A stretch of 64,000 nt of DNA from an uncultured beta proteobacterium (GTDB taxonomy: Bacteria; Pseudomonadota; Gammaproteobacteria; Burkholderiales; SG8-39): assembly GCA_963789885.1 (NCBI GenBank), contig CAWBNB010000033.1:162633-226632 (forward strand), read 5' to 3'. The notes beneath the pieces were generated by a model that saw only the letters and a program-made list of their open reading frames with translations, did no database searches and was not told where the DNA came from. The translations under genes were made by a program, and so were the position numbers. This document shows positions 1 to 8,615 of this stretch, in pieces. Positions within the stretch are counted from its first letter, which is position 1. Every line of letters starts with the position of its first letter.

Positions 1-265
1 GCGCCGCAGTGGTAGGTCCATCGGGACGCCATGGCGCTTTGATCGCGCCGTCGGTCTGCTCTCCAACCACGTTCCCGTGCGTGTAACGCTCCCGCCGCCA
101 CGAAATCGTTTCGCATGACGGTGAGGCGGCACAAGTTCCTGACGACGGCGCCTCAATCAAGAAACCCGAACGCGCGGCAAGGACCCCACGCAAAGAGATC
201 CCGATACTGCCGCTCCGGAGGCAACGCTGCCCCCTTTCATGCAACCCAACAATGGAGACGTTTCG

Positions 266-895
266 ATGAAACACACCAACACGCTTCTGACTTCGGTAGT
301 GGCTGCCATGCTCGGTCTCGGCCTGATGGGCGCTGGGCAGGCCGCCCACGCCAAACATGTCACACCGCCACCCGTGCCCGGAAATCTAGAGGTGCCGGCA
401 GGGAACACCGCCTTCCTCGTGGGTCACGCCACCGGCACCCAGAACTACGTCTGCCTGCCCTCGGGCACTGGCTTCGCCTACGTACTCTTCACGCCCGAGG
501 CCACGCTGTTCGACAAGCATAATAAGCAAATCATCACCCACTTCTTCAGCCCTAACCTCGCCCCAGACCAGGGTGAGACCGCTGGCACGATTCGCGCCAC
601 GTGGCAGGACTCGGAGACGAGCACCGTCTGGGCCAAGGTGAACCAAGGCGACTCCGCCACCCACGCCACCAACTCCGACTTCGTCGCGGTCGGTGCCATC
701 GCCTGGCTCAAGCTTACGCGGGTTGGGGCCCAGGACGGACCGACCGGTGGCGACACGCTGTCGGACACCACCTTCATCCAGCGGGTGAACACCTCCGGAG
801 GGCTCGCACCGGCGGACTGTACCTCGGCAGCAGACGTCGGCAAGGAGGCGTTCGTGCCTTACAAGGCCGACTACTTCTTCTACTCGGCCGACTGA
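266..895 (+). CDS. DUF3455-family secreted protein
   Basis: Track ORF 239..895. The internal ATG at 266 gives MKHTNTLLTSVVAAMLGLGLMGAGQAAHA, which looks like a signal peptide. Motifs GTQNYVC, AIAWLKL, RVNTSGG..AP..C and VPYKADYFFY match my memory of DUF3455. Confidence 0.7.
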   Translation: MKHTNTLLTSVVAAMLGLGLMGAGQAAHAKHVTPPPVPGNLEVPAGNTAFLVGHATGTQNYVCLPSGTGFAYVLFTPEATLFDKHNKQIITHFFSPNLAPDQGETAGTIRATWQDSETSTVWAKVNQGDSATHATNSDFVAVGAIAWLKLTRVGAQDGPTGGDTLSDTTFIQRVNTSGGLAPADCTSAADVGKEAFVPYKADYFFYSAD

Positions 896-1179
896 CCTGC
901 CCGCTTCAGCGCTACCAGGGTCGAGTTCGTAAAGTCCCGCCCCGTTGCGACGCCCCATACAGCGACACACGACTGTCCGCTTCTCCGACGCTCGACAGGC
1001 AGCAACGGGTCGAACTCGGTCGGTCGCTGATCCCGAAAGGAACTCGGGATCAAGCTACCGCCCGATCACGCCTCTCTCGCGCCCTGTGACGAATTTGTGC
1101 CGTGAGTTGGATAGAATCGGGTCGTGCGAAGTGGGCCTGCGCGGACCGGTTTCTCAGTTAATCAATCGCTTGCCCACAC

Positions 1180-1263
1180 GCCGGGATGGCGGAACTGGTA
1201 GACGCACGGGACTCAAAATCCCGCGGTGGCGACACCGTGCGAGTTCGACTCTCGCTCCCGGCA
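1180..1263 (+). tRNA. tRNA-Leu (anticodon CAA)
   Basis: Cloverleaf folded by eye. Acceptor GCCGGGA/TCCCGGC, 3-bp D stem GCG/CGC, anticodon stem CGGGA/TCCCG with loop CT-CAA-AA. Long variable arm CGGTG..CACCG, T arm GCGAG-TTCGACT-CTCGC, discriminator A. CCA is not encoded. Confidence 0.9.
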
Positions 1264-1442
1264 GTCCTAGCATCTCTCTCCTGAGTGCAGCAACGTCGCG
1301 TCAGAGTGCAGTAATCCACTGATGCATTTGGCGAAGTAGGCTTACTTCGTCGTCGTTGCAGTGCGCGACGCATCCGCCTCAATGCGCCTCTATGCGCGAT
1401 TTACTGGCGGATAGGCTGGCGGATACGGAGGAGGGGCGAAAA

Positions 1443-2729
1443 ATGGCCAAGCGGCTCATTGGGGCGAAGCTGAACCTGCTTTCGGCGCGGCAGGTGTTCA
1501 ACGCGCGCGAAGCCGAGCTCTCCGACGGCGGTGGGCTCCTGCTCCGCTGCTTCGGCGCCCAGGCGGCCTGGGTATTCCGCTACACGAGCGCGGCGGGCAA
1601 GCGACGCGAAATGGGGTTCGGTACCTGCGCGCGCCACAGTCCGCAGAGCTGCGGGGGAGAGCCTTACTCTTGCGCGCAGCCTTGCAGCCCGGGCGCGCGC
1701 GATGCTGGCGAGCAACCCTCCTTTGGACCCGATCGACGAGCGCGCGAAGGCGCGGGCGGTCGCCCGCGAGTCCGCGCGCTCGCACAAGGAAGAGAAGCAG
1801 CGAGAGAAGCTCACGCTCGCGCGCGTTGCGCGCACGTACCACGAGAAATTCATCGAGCCGCTGAAGCGCTCGACGTTCGCGATAGAGTGGATCCGGTCGC
1901 TCGAGAATCACGTTCCGCCGGCGCTCTGGCACAAACCCATAGCGGAGATCACGAGGGCCGAGCTGCTCGACTTCCTGCGCGACATCCAGCATCGCATGGC
2001 CGACACCGCGCAGCGCGTGCGGCGGCGGCTCGACGAAGTGTTCGACGAGGCGATCGAGCGGGGGGCGGTGACGTTGAATCCGGTCGCCATGCTCCGGACG
2101 AAGCTTCGCCGGGAGAACAGGCCCAAGCGGCCCGTGCCGCGCCGCGCGCTGCCGTTCGGTGCCGTCCCGCAGTTCGTGGGGCAACTGCGCGGCAAGCCGG
2201 GCATTGCCGCGCGCTGCCTCGAGTTCACTATCCTGACCGCAGCTCGCACTGGCGAGAGCGTCGGCGCGCAGTGGCGCGAGTTCGACTTGCACGCGCGCTA
2301 TGGACAGTCCCTGGCGACCGGATGAAGGGCGGCGAGCCGCACCTGGTTCCCCTGTCCGAGCGCGCCGTCGCGATCCTGCGCGAGATGCAAGCCCTCGGCA
2401 CGCCCTACGTGTTTCCGTCGACGAGGAAGGGTGGTCCGATGTCGAACATGGCCATGCTGGTGCTGCTCAAGCGGATGAAGTACACCGACATCACGGTGCA
2501 CGGGTTCCGTGCCACCTTCAGCACTTGGGCGAACGAAACGGCCGCGGCGCGCCCCGACGTGATCGAGGCTTGTCTCGCGCACCGGGAGGGCGACCGGATA
2601 CGCGCGGCGTACAACCGCGCTCAATTCGCGGGCGAGCGCCGCAAGCTGCTCGAGGCGTGGGCCGCTTATCTCGACGGGCGAGAGCCGGCGAGCAACGTGA
2701 TTCCACTGGCGGGCGCGAAGGCGGCGTAA
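1443..2729 (+). pseudogene. int: P4-type tyrosine integrase, disrupted by two frameshifts
   Basis: N-terminus MAKRLIGAKLNLLSARQVFNAREAELSDGGGLLLRC..WVFRYTSAAGKRREMGFG (Arm/DUF4102-like) reads in the frame of 1443. The middle (..TLARSLAARARAMLASNPPLDPIDER...CLEFTILTAARTGESVGAQWREFDL) reads in the frame of ORF 1531..2325. The C-terminus (WTVPGDRMKGGEPHLVPLS...VHGFRATFSTWANE...LAHREGDRIRAAYNR) returns to the first frame. The shifts lie near 1620 and 2289. The gene sits immediately 3' of the tRNA-Leu. Confidence 0.85.
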
Positions 2730-2895
2730 CCCGTCAGACCGAATCCCGCGGGGCGAAGCGTAGCACCGAGGGCTGATCTCGACGCTGCGTCGGCCCGCAT
2801 CGGAGCGGAGGCTCGCGCCGCGCGAATCCGTCCGGGCTTGAACTCATGCGCCAATGTAGCTACAATTGAGCTACGTTACCGCTGTTGGGGAAGCC

Positions 2896-3210
2896 ATGAC
2901 CGATCTCTCGATGCCGAAGTCCACCGATGTCCGCTCCCGGATCGAGCCGGACCTTAAGGACCGCGCCGCCGAGGTACTCGCCGCCTGCGGCCTGAACCTG
3001 AGCGATGCAATTCGCCTGTTCCTGCACCAGGTCGTCGCCCAGCAAGGGCTGCCTTTCGACGTCAAGGCGCCGAACGCAGCGACGATCGCGGCGATGCGGG
3101 AAGCCCGGTCGATGAAGCGAGCGAAGTTCAGGTCTGCCCAGGGACTCTTCAATGACCTCGAAAAAGCCGGCGCAGCAAAAGCGCGCAAACCCGCCAAGAA
3201 GCAGCGATAG
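2896..3210 (+). CDS. dinJ: RelB/DinJ-family type II antitoxin
   Basis: ORF 2866..3210 with an ATG at 2896. The sequence VRSRIEPDLKDRAAEVLAACGLNLSDAIRLFLHQVVAQQGLPFDV is a typical DinJ/RelB ribbon-helix-helix region. It overlaps the downstream toxin gene. Confidence 0.8.
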   Translation: MTDLSMPKSTDVRSRIEPDLKDRAAEVLAACGLNLSDAIRLFLHQVVAQQGLPFDVKAPNAATIAAMREARSMKRAKFRSAQGLFNDLEKAGAAKARKPAKKQR

Positions 3211-3472
3211 CGCCAAGCAGTTCCGCAAGGATTGGGAGCGCCTGAGCCACTCCGGGCGCTACGACATGCGGCGGCTCAAGGAGGCGATGCTCCTGCTGAT
3301 CGCGAACGAGGGCCCGCTTCCGCCGGAGTACCGGGACCACGAGCTCACTGGTGATTGGAAGGGGTTCCGCGAGTGCCATATCGGCGGGGATTTCCTGCTC
3401 ATCTACCTTGTCCGGGAGGACGGCGCGATCATCTTCACCCGTGCTGGCACGCACGCCGACTTGTTCGAGTAG
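3152..3472 (+). CDS. yafQ: YafQ-family type II toxin (mRNA interferase)
   Basis: FRKDWERLSHSGRYDMRRLKEAMLLLIANEGPLPPEYRDHELTGDWKGFRECHIGGDFLLIY...FTRAGTHADLF matches the YafQ/RelE signature. The only in-frame start is the ATG at 3152, which overlaps dinJ by 59 nt. Confidence 0.85.
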   Translation: MTSKKPAQQKRANPPRSSDSAKQFRKDWERLSHSGRYDMRRLKEAMLLLIANEGPLPPEYRDHELTGDWKGFRECHIGGDFLLIYLVREDGAIIFTRAGTHADLFE

Positions 3473-3483
3473 GCGAGAGGCTC

Positions 3484-4076
3484 ATGCGGGAGGGACCGTT
3501 CCAGACACTGCCCGGCCGGGAGACCCGGCTCTCCTACGACATGGCCCCGGAGGATCCGAGCACGCGCCGGCACGTCCGCGGATCCGCTGCTTACGACGAG
3601 GCGACCTGCGCCTACGACGAAGCTAAACTCCCCTTTACCCGGGCGGCGAGCTCAACCTCCGCTTCCCCGGCCAGTATCGCGATGCCGAGACCGGGCTCTT
3701 CTACAACTACTTCAGAGACTACGATCCGCAGACGGGCCGCTACGTTCAGTCGGATCCGATCGGGCTGCGTGGCGGTATCAACCCGTACGCGTACGCGTAC
3801 GTCAACCCTCTTCGCTTCTACGATCCGCTGGGCTTGGAAGTGGCGATCGTCGGGCATCTGGCTGCAGGGCTACTCGGTACGTTCACGCACCCAGACTCGT
3901 ATCACCTGGCACTGTCACTGAACCCGGATAGCAAGTGCGAGTGCACCGGCGAAAGGCCTAAAACCGTTGGCGCGCAACGCGAGCGCGGGAGACTCGTAAC
4001 GAAGTTCGACTACCCCGGGGACCATCGCAAGTCGGGCGACCTTCCGGCAGATCGTCCCCACCCCCGCCGGGCATGA
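3484..4076 (+). pseudogene. Orphan Rhs-family C-terminal fragment (YD-repeat remnant, core end, short C-terminal tip)
   Basis: YD-like remnants (RLSYDMA, AAYDEA, CAYDEA) lie in the frame of ORF 3355..3921. There is a TAA at 3624, then the next frame reads LRFPGQYRDAETGLFYNYFRDYDPQTGRYVQSDPIGLRGGINPYAYAYVNPLRFYDPLGL. That is the Rhs core end with the DPxGL boundary, followed by an ~80-aa tip (EVAIVGHLAAGLL...). There is no N-terminal Rhs body and no start codon. Confidence 0.75.
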
Positions 4077-4333
4077 CCGATTGCGAGTTCATCGATCGCA
4101 TCATCGACGCGGCTCAAAGATACGGACAGTACCTTCCGTACACGGTCCCTCCGATCAGCCCAATCCCCGGTGTGAGAGATGCTCAGATACCATCAGGGGC
4201 GTACAACAGCAACTCGTTCGTATCGGGGGTCCTAGGCGCCGCCGGTGCGACTCCTCCCGAGCTCACCCTGCCAACTCGGCCGTGGATTCAAGCGCCCGGG
4301 TACGAAAACCCGATCCATATCTCTCCGCGATAA
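4073..4333 (+). CDS. Hypothetical protein downstream of the Rhs tip (immunity candidate or split part of the toxin domain)
   Basis: The ATG overlaps the Rhs-tip stop (ATGA at 4073-4076). The 86-aa product is MTDCEFIDRIIDAAQRYGQ...AYNSNSFVSGVLGAAG. I could not assign a family. Confidence 0.4.
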   Translation: MTDCEFIDRIIDAAQRYGQYLPYTVPPISPIPGVRDAQIPSGAYNSNSFVSGVLGAAGATPPELTLPTRPWIQAPGYENPIHISPR

Positions 4334-4339
4334 GACATC

Positions 4340-4645
4340 ATGGAAACTCGCCAATCATCAACGTTCCCTCTGACCGCGTGGCTGGGCGTGCCACTCGCGT
4401 ATGCGGCTCTCGCGGTGCTCGTCTACTACCTCACCATAAGTGCGACACGGCTTCCGCCGTCGGCATTGAACGTCGGACCGTGGGCAGTCTTGCTCTTTGC
4501 GCTCGTAGCGGTAGGGGTCACCCTTGTCTGGAGAAGCAAGACACCGCGTCGTCCGCTTCAGCTCGCCGTGTATGTGGTCTTAATGCCATTGCTCCTGGCT
4601 GTCGTTTACGGAATCGTGGCTTGCGCGTTTGGGGATTGCTTCTAG
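4340..4645 (+). CDS. Small integral membrane protein (three hydrophobic segments), possible immunity protein
   Basis: 101 aa with three hydrophobic stretches: AWLGVPLAYAALAVLVYYL, PWAVLLFALVAVGVTLVW and LAVYVVLMPLLLAVVYGIVACAF. It starts 6 nt after the previous ORF. Confidence 0.5.
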   Translation: METRQSSTFPLTAWLGVPLAYAALAVLVYYLTISATRLPPSALNVGPWAVLLFALVAVGVTLVWRSKTPRRPLQLAVYVVLMPLLLAVVYGIVACAFGDCF

Positions 4646-4742
4646 GGTCGCGGGCCGCGAGCGGCGGTCCGTTCCAATTGCAACTACTCCGGAGACCCCG
4701 CGGCGCGGGCGAACAGAGCTCTCAACCCCGGAAAGCCCCCCT

Positions 4743-4780
4743 CTCGACCCCCTCTCTCCGGGGGTCGAGCCCGATATTTT
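4743..4780 (+). terminator. Terminator-like hairpin
   Basis: Perfect 10-bp stem ctcgaccccc (4743-4752) / gggggtcgag (4760-4769) with a 7-nt loop, followed by cccgatatttt (T4 at 4777-4780). It lies about 100 nt after the 4645 stop. The spacer before the T run is not canonical. Confidence 0.35.
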
Positions 4781-5626
4781 CTCGGGTAAGCTCTCGGCAT
4801 CCGTAAAGTCCTCGCCGCGGAACTTCGGCCAGGCAGGGTAGCTACCAGACTTGGTAGTGTAAGGGAGCGTTGAAGCATCAGAGCAGCTGTACCTTCGGCT
4901 ACGCGCGTCGCCTGACGACGCCGTAGGCCGTCATCGAGAGCGATCGGCCGTGTCCTAGAGGCGCACCGATCCGCGTCGCAACTGAGGCGCCGAGCATCAT
5001 CGTCGGCGCAACTGGAAGAGCGCACCGTCCCAGCAGTCTGGCGAGCCCTGAGCTCGCGACGGTGCATCGCCGGCCTCCTTGGCCGGCAGAGCCGCTCGCC
5101 GCGAAATGCGCGTGCGTGAGATTCGGGCGAAGCGCTTCCCGCGCTCCCCTGAGTCTCCGCCGCGCGGCGTTCACAGGCGAGCGTCGTCACTGTGCCAGTG
5201 ACGACGCGAGCAAGTCCCTGCGTTTGCACGGGTTTGCTCGCACGGTTCGGAGTGAGTCCCCAAGTGACGGGGGTGCTCGACGCCCCCGACTGTCTTCCAG
5301 AGGCAGGTCGCAAAGGCCTGCACGTCCTTCGCCCAAGGAGGACAGCCCATCCGCGCCCTAACCGGCGCTCCTTGGACCCTGGGTCAATGGTCCCCGATGT
5401 GGCGGTCTCGTTCCTCGAGACGCGCATCGGCAGCCAATGCTGGCATGCAGCGGCGGCAGCTCAAGTGATCGAGCGACTGCATACGGGAGTGGTGTCCCGT
5501 GTCCCTCGATGTTCTCGCCTGGCCACGGCCGGCGGGACGGACAGAAACACTTACCGAAGCGATTACACCAACGACCGACGAGACGAGCAGACGCCGATCG
5601 CAGTGAACTTGAAAGAGGCAGCCTCA

Positions 5627-5872
5627 ATGGCCGACATCCTCTCGAACATGGTTCCTATTCTCGTCGATGCTGTCGAGGGAGCGCAGCTCCTTCGGATCTC
5701 CGAGCGCCGATTCCACGAGCTCAGGCGCGAGCCCGGGTTCCCTGCAGCGGTGGTTCTCGGCGCGCGTAGCGTGCGCTGGCTGCGCGAGGAGCTCGTCAAC
5801 TACGCACGTGGGCTTCCTCGCGTCGGCGTGCTGTACGAGCCTGTACAGCTCCAAGCGCGGCGTGCGAGATGA
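5627..5872 (+). CDS. AlpA/excisionase-type helix-turn-helix protein
   Basis: ATG at 5627 preceded by aagagg. The 81-aa product contains LLRISERRFHELRREPGFPAAVVLGARSVRWLREELVNY, an HTH_17/AlpA-like pattern. It sits at the tRNA-distal end of the island. Confidence 0.7.
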   Translation: MADILSNMVPILVDAVEGAQLLRISERRFHELRREPGFPAAVVLGARSVRWLREELVNYARGLPRVGVLYEPVQLQARRAR

Positions 5873-5951
5873 CTGTTCGCGGCGGATGCAGCGGCGGATA
5901 GTGTGGCGGATGCCGGAGGCACCTGCCCGGGAACCCAGCACTGGCGCGGGG

Positions 5952-5971
5952 GTTGACTCCCGTTCCCGGCA
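5952..5971 (+). repeat. Degenerate direct repeat of the tRNA-Leu 3' end (attR-like)
   Basis: gttgactcccgttcccggca aligns to tRNA positions 1243-1263 (gttcgactctcgctcccggca) with 18 matches, 2 mismatches and 1 gap. Confidence 0.45.
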
Positions 5972-6102
5972 CCACTAACACCCAATCCCACGTGCGTCAG
6001 CGTCGCATCGAGGCACAGCAGTCCTTTGACGCGCACGCACAATTCTCAGGCGGATCGACAGACGGATCGCGACGATGCGAAGCTGATCAAACCGGCGCCG
6101 GC

Positions 6103-6348
6103 CTAGCGGCGCACCCTGAAGACCGCCAACGCCGTGGGCAGTTCCTTCCCCTCGCGCATCATCTCAAGGCAGCAATGCATGCCGTAGTCGTAGTAGTAGC
6201 CGGCGAGCGTCTCGGCGACGTCTTGTGGGCCGATCGGCCACCACTTGCCTTCATCTTTGAAGCGCATCTCGAAGCGCAAGCCGATCGCCCGCCGCACAAA
6301 TGATTCCACCTCGGGCGTGCTCGGCGCCAATTGGAAAGTCGCGGTCAT
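6103..6348 (-). CDS. Hypothetical protein (81 aa)
   Basis: ORF with an ATG start and non-repetitive composition (..RFEMRFKDEGKWWPIGPQDVAETLAGYYYDYGMHCCLEMM..). No recognisable family and a weak SD. Confidence 0.4.
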   Translation of the reverse strand: MTATFQLAPSTPEVESFVRRAIGLRFEMRFKDEGKWWPIGPQDVAETLAGYYYDYGMHCCLEMMREGKELPTALAVFRVRR

Positions 6349-6584
6349 TCAGGCCTTGTCATCTGCCTGTCAGAGTACTACGCAAAGTCTCAGCGTCGAC
6401 CGTCTCCATATGACGACACCTTGCCGTCTTGACAGGTAGTTCGCCGTGAAAAAAGTCCCCTGTGCAAGCTTCCCCATGAGGGAGCCCGTGCCGCCGTTCA
6501 CGCGCGACGCCTCTCCGGCAATAGGCCCGAAAGCTGCTTCTGCACCCACATGTCCCGGTACCGCGGCTGTCATTTTTCAGACTG

Positions 6585-6884
6585 ATGACGGATACGATAA
6601 GCATCGAAGTGAAGACCGCGCGAGATGTCGAGCGACAGCTCGCGCGGATGGCCGCTCGTTCACCCAAGCTCGCGGAACTGCCGATCAGCCCGCTGTTTGG
6701 GGTGGACGATCTAGTGCGACTTGAACTCGCACTCGATCGCTTCGCCCAGGTGCATATTTCCGGACGGAGCAAGAAGCTCGTCGAGACCGTCCGAGCCGTC
6801 CTCAGCGTGGCGCGCACACGCCTTCGTGTGGCCGGCGCCATACGGCACGCCGTCGTCGTCGCGGAGGCTCGTCCGCGTCCGTAG
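6585..6884 (+). CDS. Hypothetical protein (99 aa)
   Basis: ATG ORF in a locally lower-GC stretch. No SD is seen and no family is recognised. Confidence 0.3.
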   Translation: MTDTISIEVKTARDVERQLARMAARSPKLAELPISPLFGVDDLVRLELALDRFAQVHISGRSKKLVETVRAVLSVARTRLRVAGAIRHAVVVAEARPRP

Positions 6885-6991
6885 ACCGAGCCGCGCTGCA
6901 CCGCTAGTCCGCACTGTCTAGCTCGTCCCGCCGATGGTGCCGGCCGGCCGGGCCTGCCACGCTCCCGCGTTTCACAGAGACGGAGTGAGCG

Positions 6992-7447
6992 ATGCTTCCT
7001 TCATTCAGCGAGATGTTCGGTCGTCTGCTGACCGCCGAGGGCCAGGGGCGGGCGGCCCGGACGGTGGAGTGGTTCGGCTGGCTGTGCCTTGCCGAAGGCG
7101 CGACGATGCTGTTCGCACCACATTTCGTCGCCGCGGTCCTGCACCTGCCGGCGCTCGGGGATCAGGCCGCGAACTACTTTCGTCTCGCGGGCCTGCTGGT
7201 GGGCGGTCTCGGGATGCTGTACGTCGTGGCGGGACGCTTGAACGCGACCGGCTTCGTGTTCGCGTCGCTGCTCGACCGGCCCCTGGTGCCCCCGACGATG
7301 CTCGTCCTCTGGCTCGTCGGGATCATTCCCGGCACGCTCGCGCTCGCGTTCGCGCTGATCGACGGCTCGAGCTTCCTGTGGACGTTCTTCACCTGGCGCG
7401 CAGAAGCGCGCGCGGGGATGGTGGCCGCGGTGGTGCGACCCGGATAA
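6992..7447 (+). CDS. Hypothetical membrane protein
   Basis: ATG preceded by ggag. There are four hydrophobic segments, for example WFGWLCLAEGATMLFAPHFVAAVL and LVPPTMLVLWLVGIIPGTLALAFALI. Confidence 0.5.
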   Translation: MLPSFSEMFGRLLTAEGQGRAARTVEWFGWLCLAEGATMLFAPHFVAAVLHLPALGDQAANYFRLAGLLVGGLGMLYVVAGRLNATGFVFASLLDRPLVPPTMLVLWLVGIIPGTLALAFALIDGSSFLWTFFTWRAEARAGMVAAVVRPG

Positions 7448-7457
7448 AGCGGAGGAC

Positions 7458-8177
7458 CTAACGCGCGGCCGCCGCGCCGTTGGCGGCTTCGGCAGTGACC
7501 GTCTCGAGGCGATAGCCGTGCTGGTAGACGGCCGTCAGCCGCCAGCCGTTCTCGGGCACTAGGCCGAGCTTCGCGCGCAGGCGGCTCACGTGGGTGTCGA
7601 CGGTGCGCGTGTTGAGGTCCGGGCTGCGGCCCCAGACCGATTCCAGGATGTGCCCGCGCGAGACCAGGTTCCCGACGTTGCGGAAGAGGAACACCGCCAG
7701 GTCGAAATCCTTCTGCGTCAACTCGACCGGCTGACCGGAGCGCAGCACCGAGCGCCGGTCCAGGTCGATCTCGAACTCGCCGACCTTGATCGCCTCGGTC
7801 GTCCGCGGCTGCGGCCGCGCCCGGCGGCCGAGGGCTTCGACCCGCGCGAGCAGCTCGTGCTTGCGCAGCGGCTTGACCAGATAGTCGTCGGCGCCCGCCT
7901 TGAGCGCCTTCACGATGTCCTGTTCGCTGTCGCGCGCGGTGGCGAACAGCACCGGCACGTTGTCGCGGACGTTCGCGCGCACCCAGGTCAGCACCGCGTC
8001 CCCGTTCACGTCGGGCAGCTCCCAATCGAGGACGAGGAGGTCGAAGCTGTCGCGGGTCATCACGCGCTGGAACTCGCGCCCGCGGTGGAAGGTGTGGCAG
8101 GCGTGGCCGGCGCCGGCCAGCCAGACCCGGACGAGGTCGGCCTGCGAGGGGTCGTCCTCGAGAATCGCGATCCGCAT
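7458..8177 (-). CDS. OmpR/PhoB-family response regulator
   Basis: REC domain (MRIAILEDDP...LLVLDWELPDVNG...ADDYLVKP) plus a winged-helix output domain (VELTQKDFDLAVFLF...GRSPDLNTRTVDTHVSRLRAKLG). Confidence 0.9.
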   Translation of the reverse strand: MRIAILEDDPSQADLVRVWLAGAGHACHTFHRGREFQRVMTRDSFDLLVLDWELPDVNGDAVLTWVRANVRDNVPVLFATARDSEQDIVKALKAGADDYLVKPLRKHELLARVEALGRRARPQPRTTEAIKVGEFEIDLDRRSVLRSGQPVELTQKDFDLAVFLFRNVGNLVSRGHILESVWGRSPDLNTRTVDTHVSRLRAKLGLVPENGWRLTAVYQHGYRLETVTAEAANGAAAAR

Positions 8178-8214
8178 GAGGGGAATCCCTGAAGTGGCGG
8201 CGCCGCCCGGCGCC

Positions 8215-8514
8215 TCAGTCGAACGTGACCTCTACGAGCTCGAGATACTCGGCCAGCGCCTCGACCGGCGGGCGGACGTCCTCGCCGCGCGCCGCGTTCC
8301 GCTCGATCTCGGCGCCGAGGCGGGTGATCTCGTCGAAGCCGTAACCCCCGCCCGCGCCTTTGAGGATGTGGCCGATCCGGCGCGCCTCCTCGAAGTCGCC
8401 TTTCGCAGCCGCCTCCCGCAGCCGCCCGATCTCGCTGCGGCGGTTGGCCAGGAACCGCGGGATGAGGTCCCGCAACTCGCCCGAAACCCGGACGCTGTGA
8501 CGCGAGGGTGCCAT
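8215..8514 (-). CDS. Hpt-domain phosphotransfer protein
   Basis: GHILKGAGGGYGF carries the conserved phospho-His context. The likely start is the internal ATG at 8514 (MAPSRHS...); the track ORF extends to 8556. Confidence 0.75.
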   Translation of the reverse strand: MAPSRHSVRVSGELRDLIPRFLANRRSEIGRLREAAAKGDFEEARRIGHILKGAGGGYGFDEITRLGAEIERNAARGEDVRPPVEALAEYLELVEVTFD

Positions 8515-8615
8515 CGTGCGAATTCTAGGATTCAAGGCCGCCCCTGTGCGCGGCAAAAAGTCCGATCAGGATGCAGGAACTGCATTGCAAAGCGGCAACA
8601 TTCATCGGGGAGAAA

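Noticed and set aside
115-522. 135-aa ORF overlapping the start of the DUF3455 gene.
   Set aside because: It is out of frame with a gene of recognisable family, and its composition is Arg/His-rich.
1029-1051. Hairpin gatcccga-aaggaac-tcgggatc downstream of the DUF3455 gene, considered as a terminator.
   Set aside because: It has an 8-bp stem but no following T tract and lies about 135 nt from the stop codon. The evidence is insufficient.
4684-5427. 247-aa minus-strand ORF, with overlapping plus-strand ORFs, in the gap between the Rhs-associated genes and the AlpA-like gene.
   Set aside because: Its composition is Arg/Ser/Pro/Ala-rich, with no motifs and no SD. The region looks like non-coding island debris. 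I also looked for ncRNA-like structure (tmRNA, retron msr/msd) and found only short hairpins, for example ctacca-gact-tggtag near 4841-4857.
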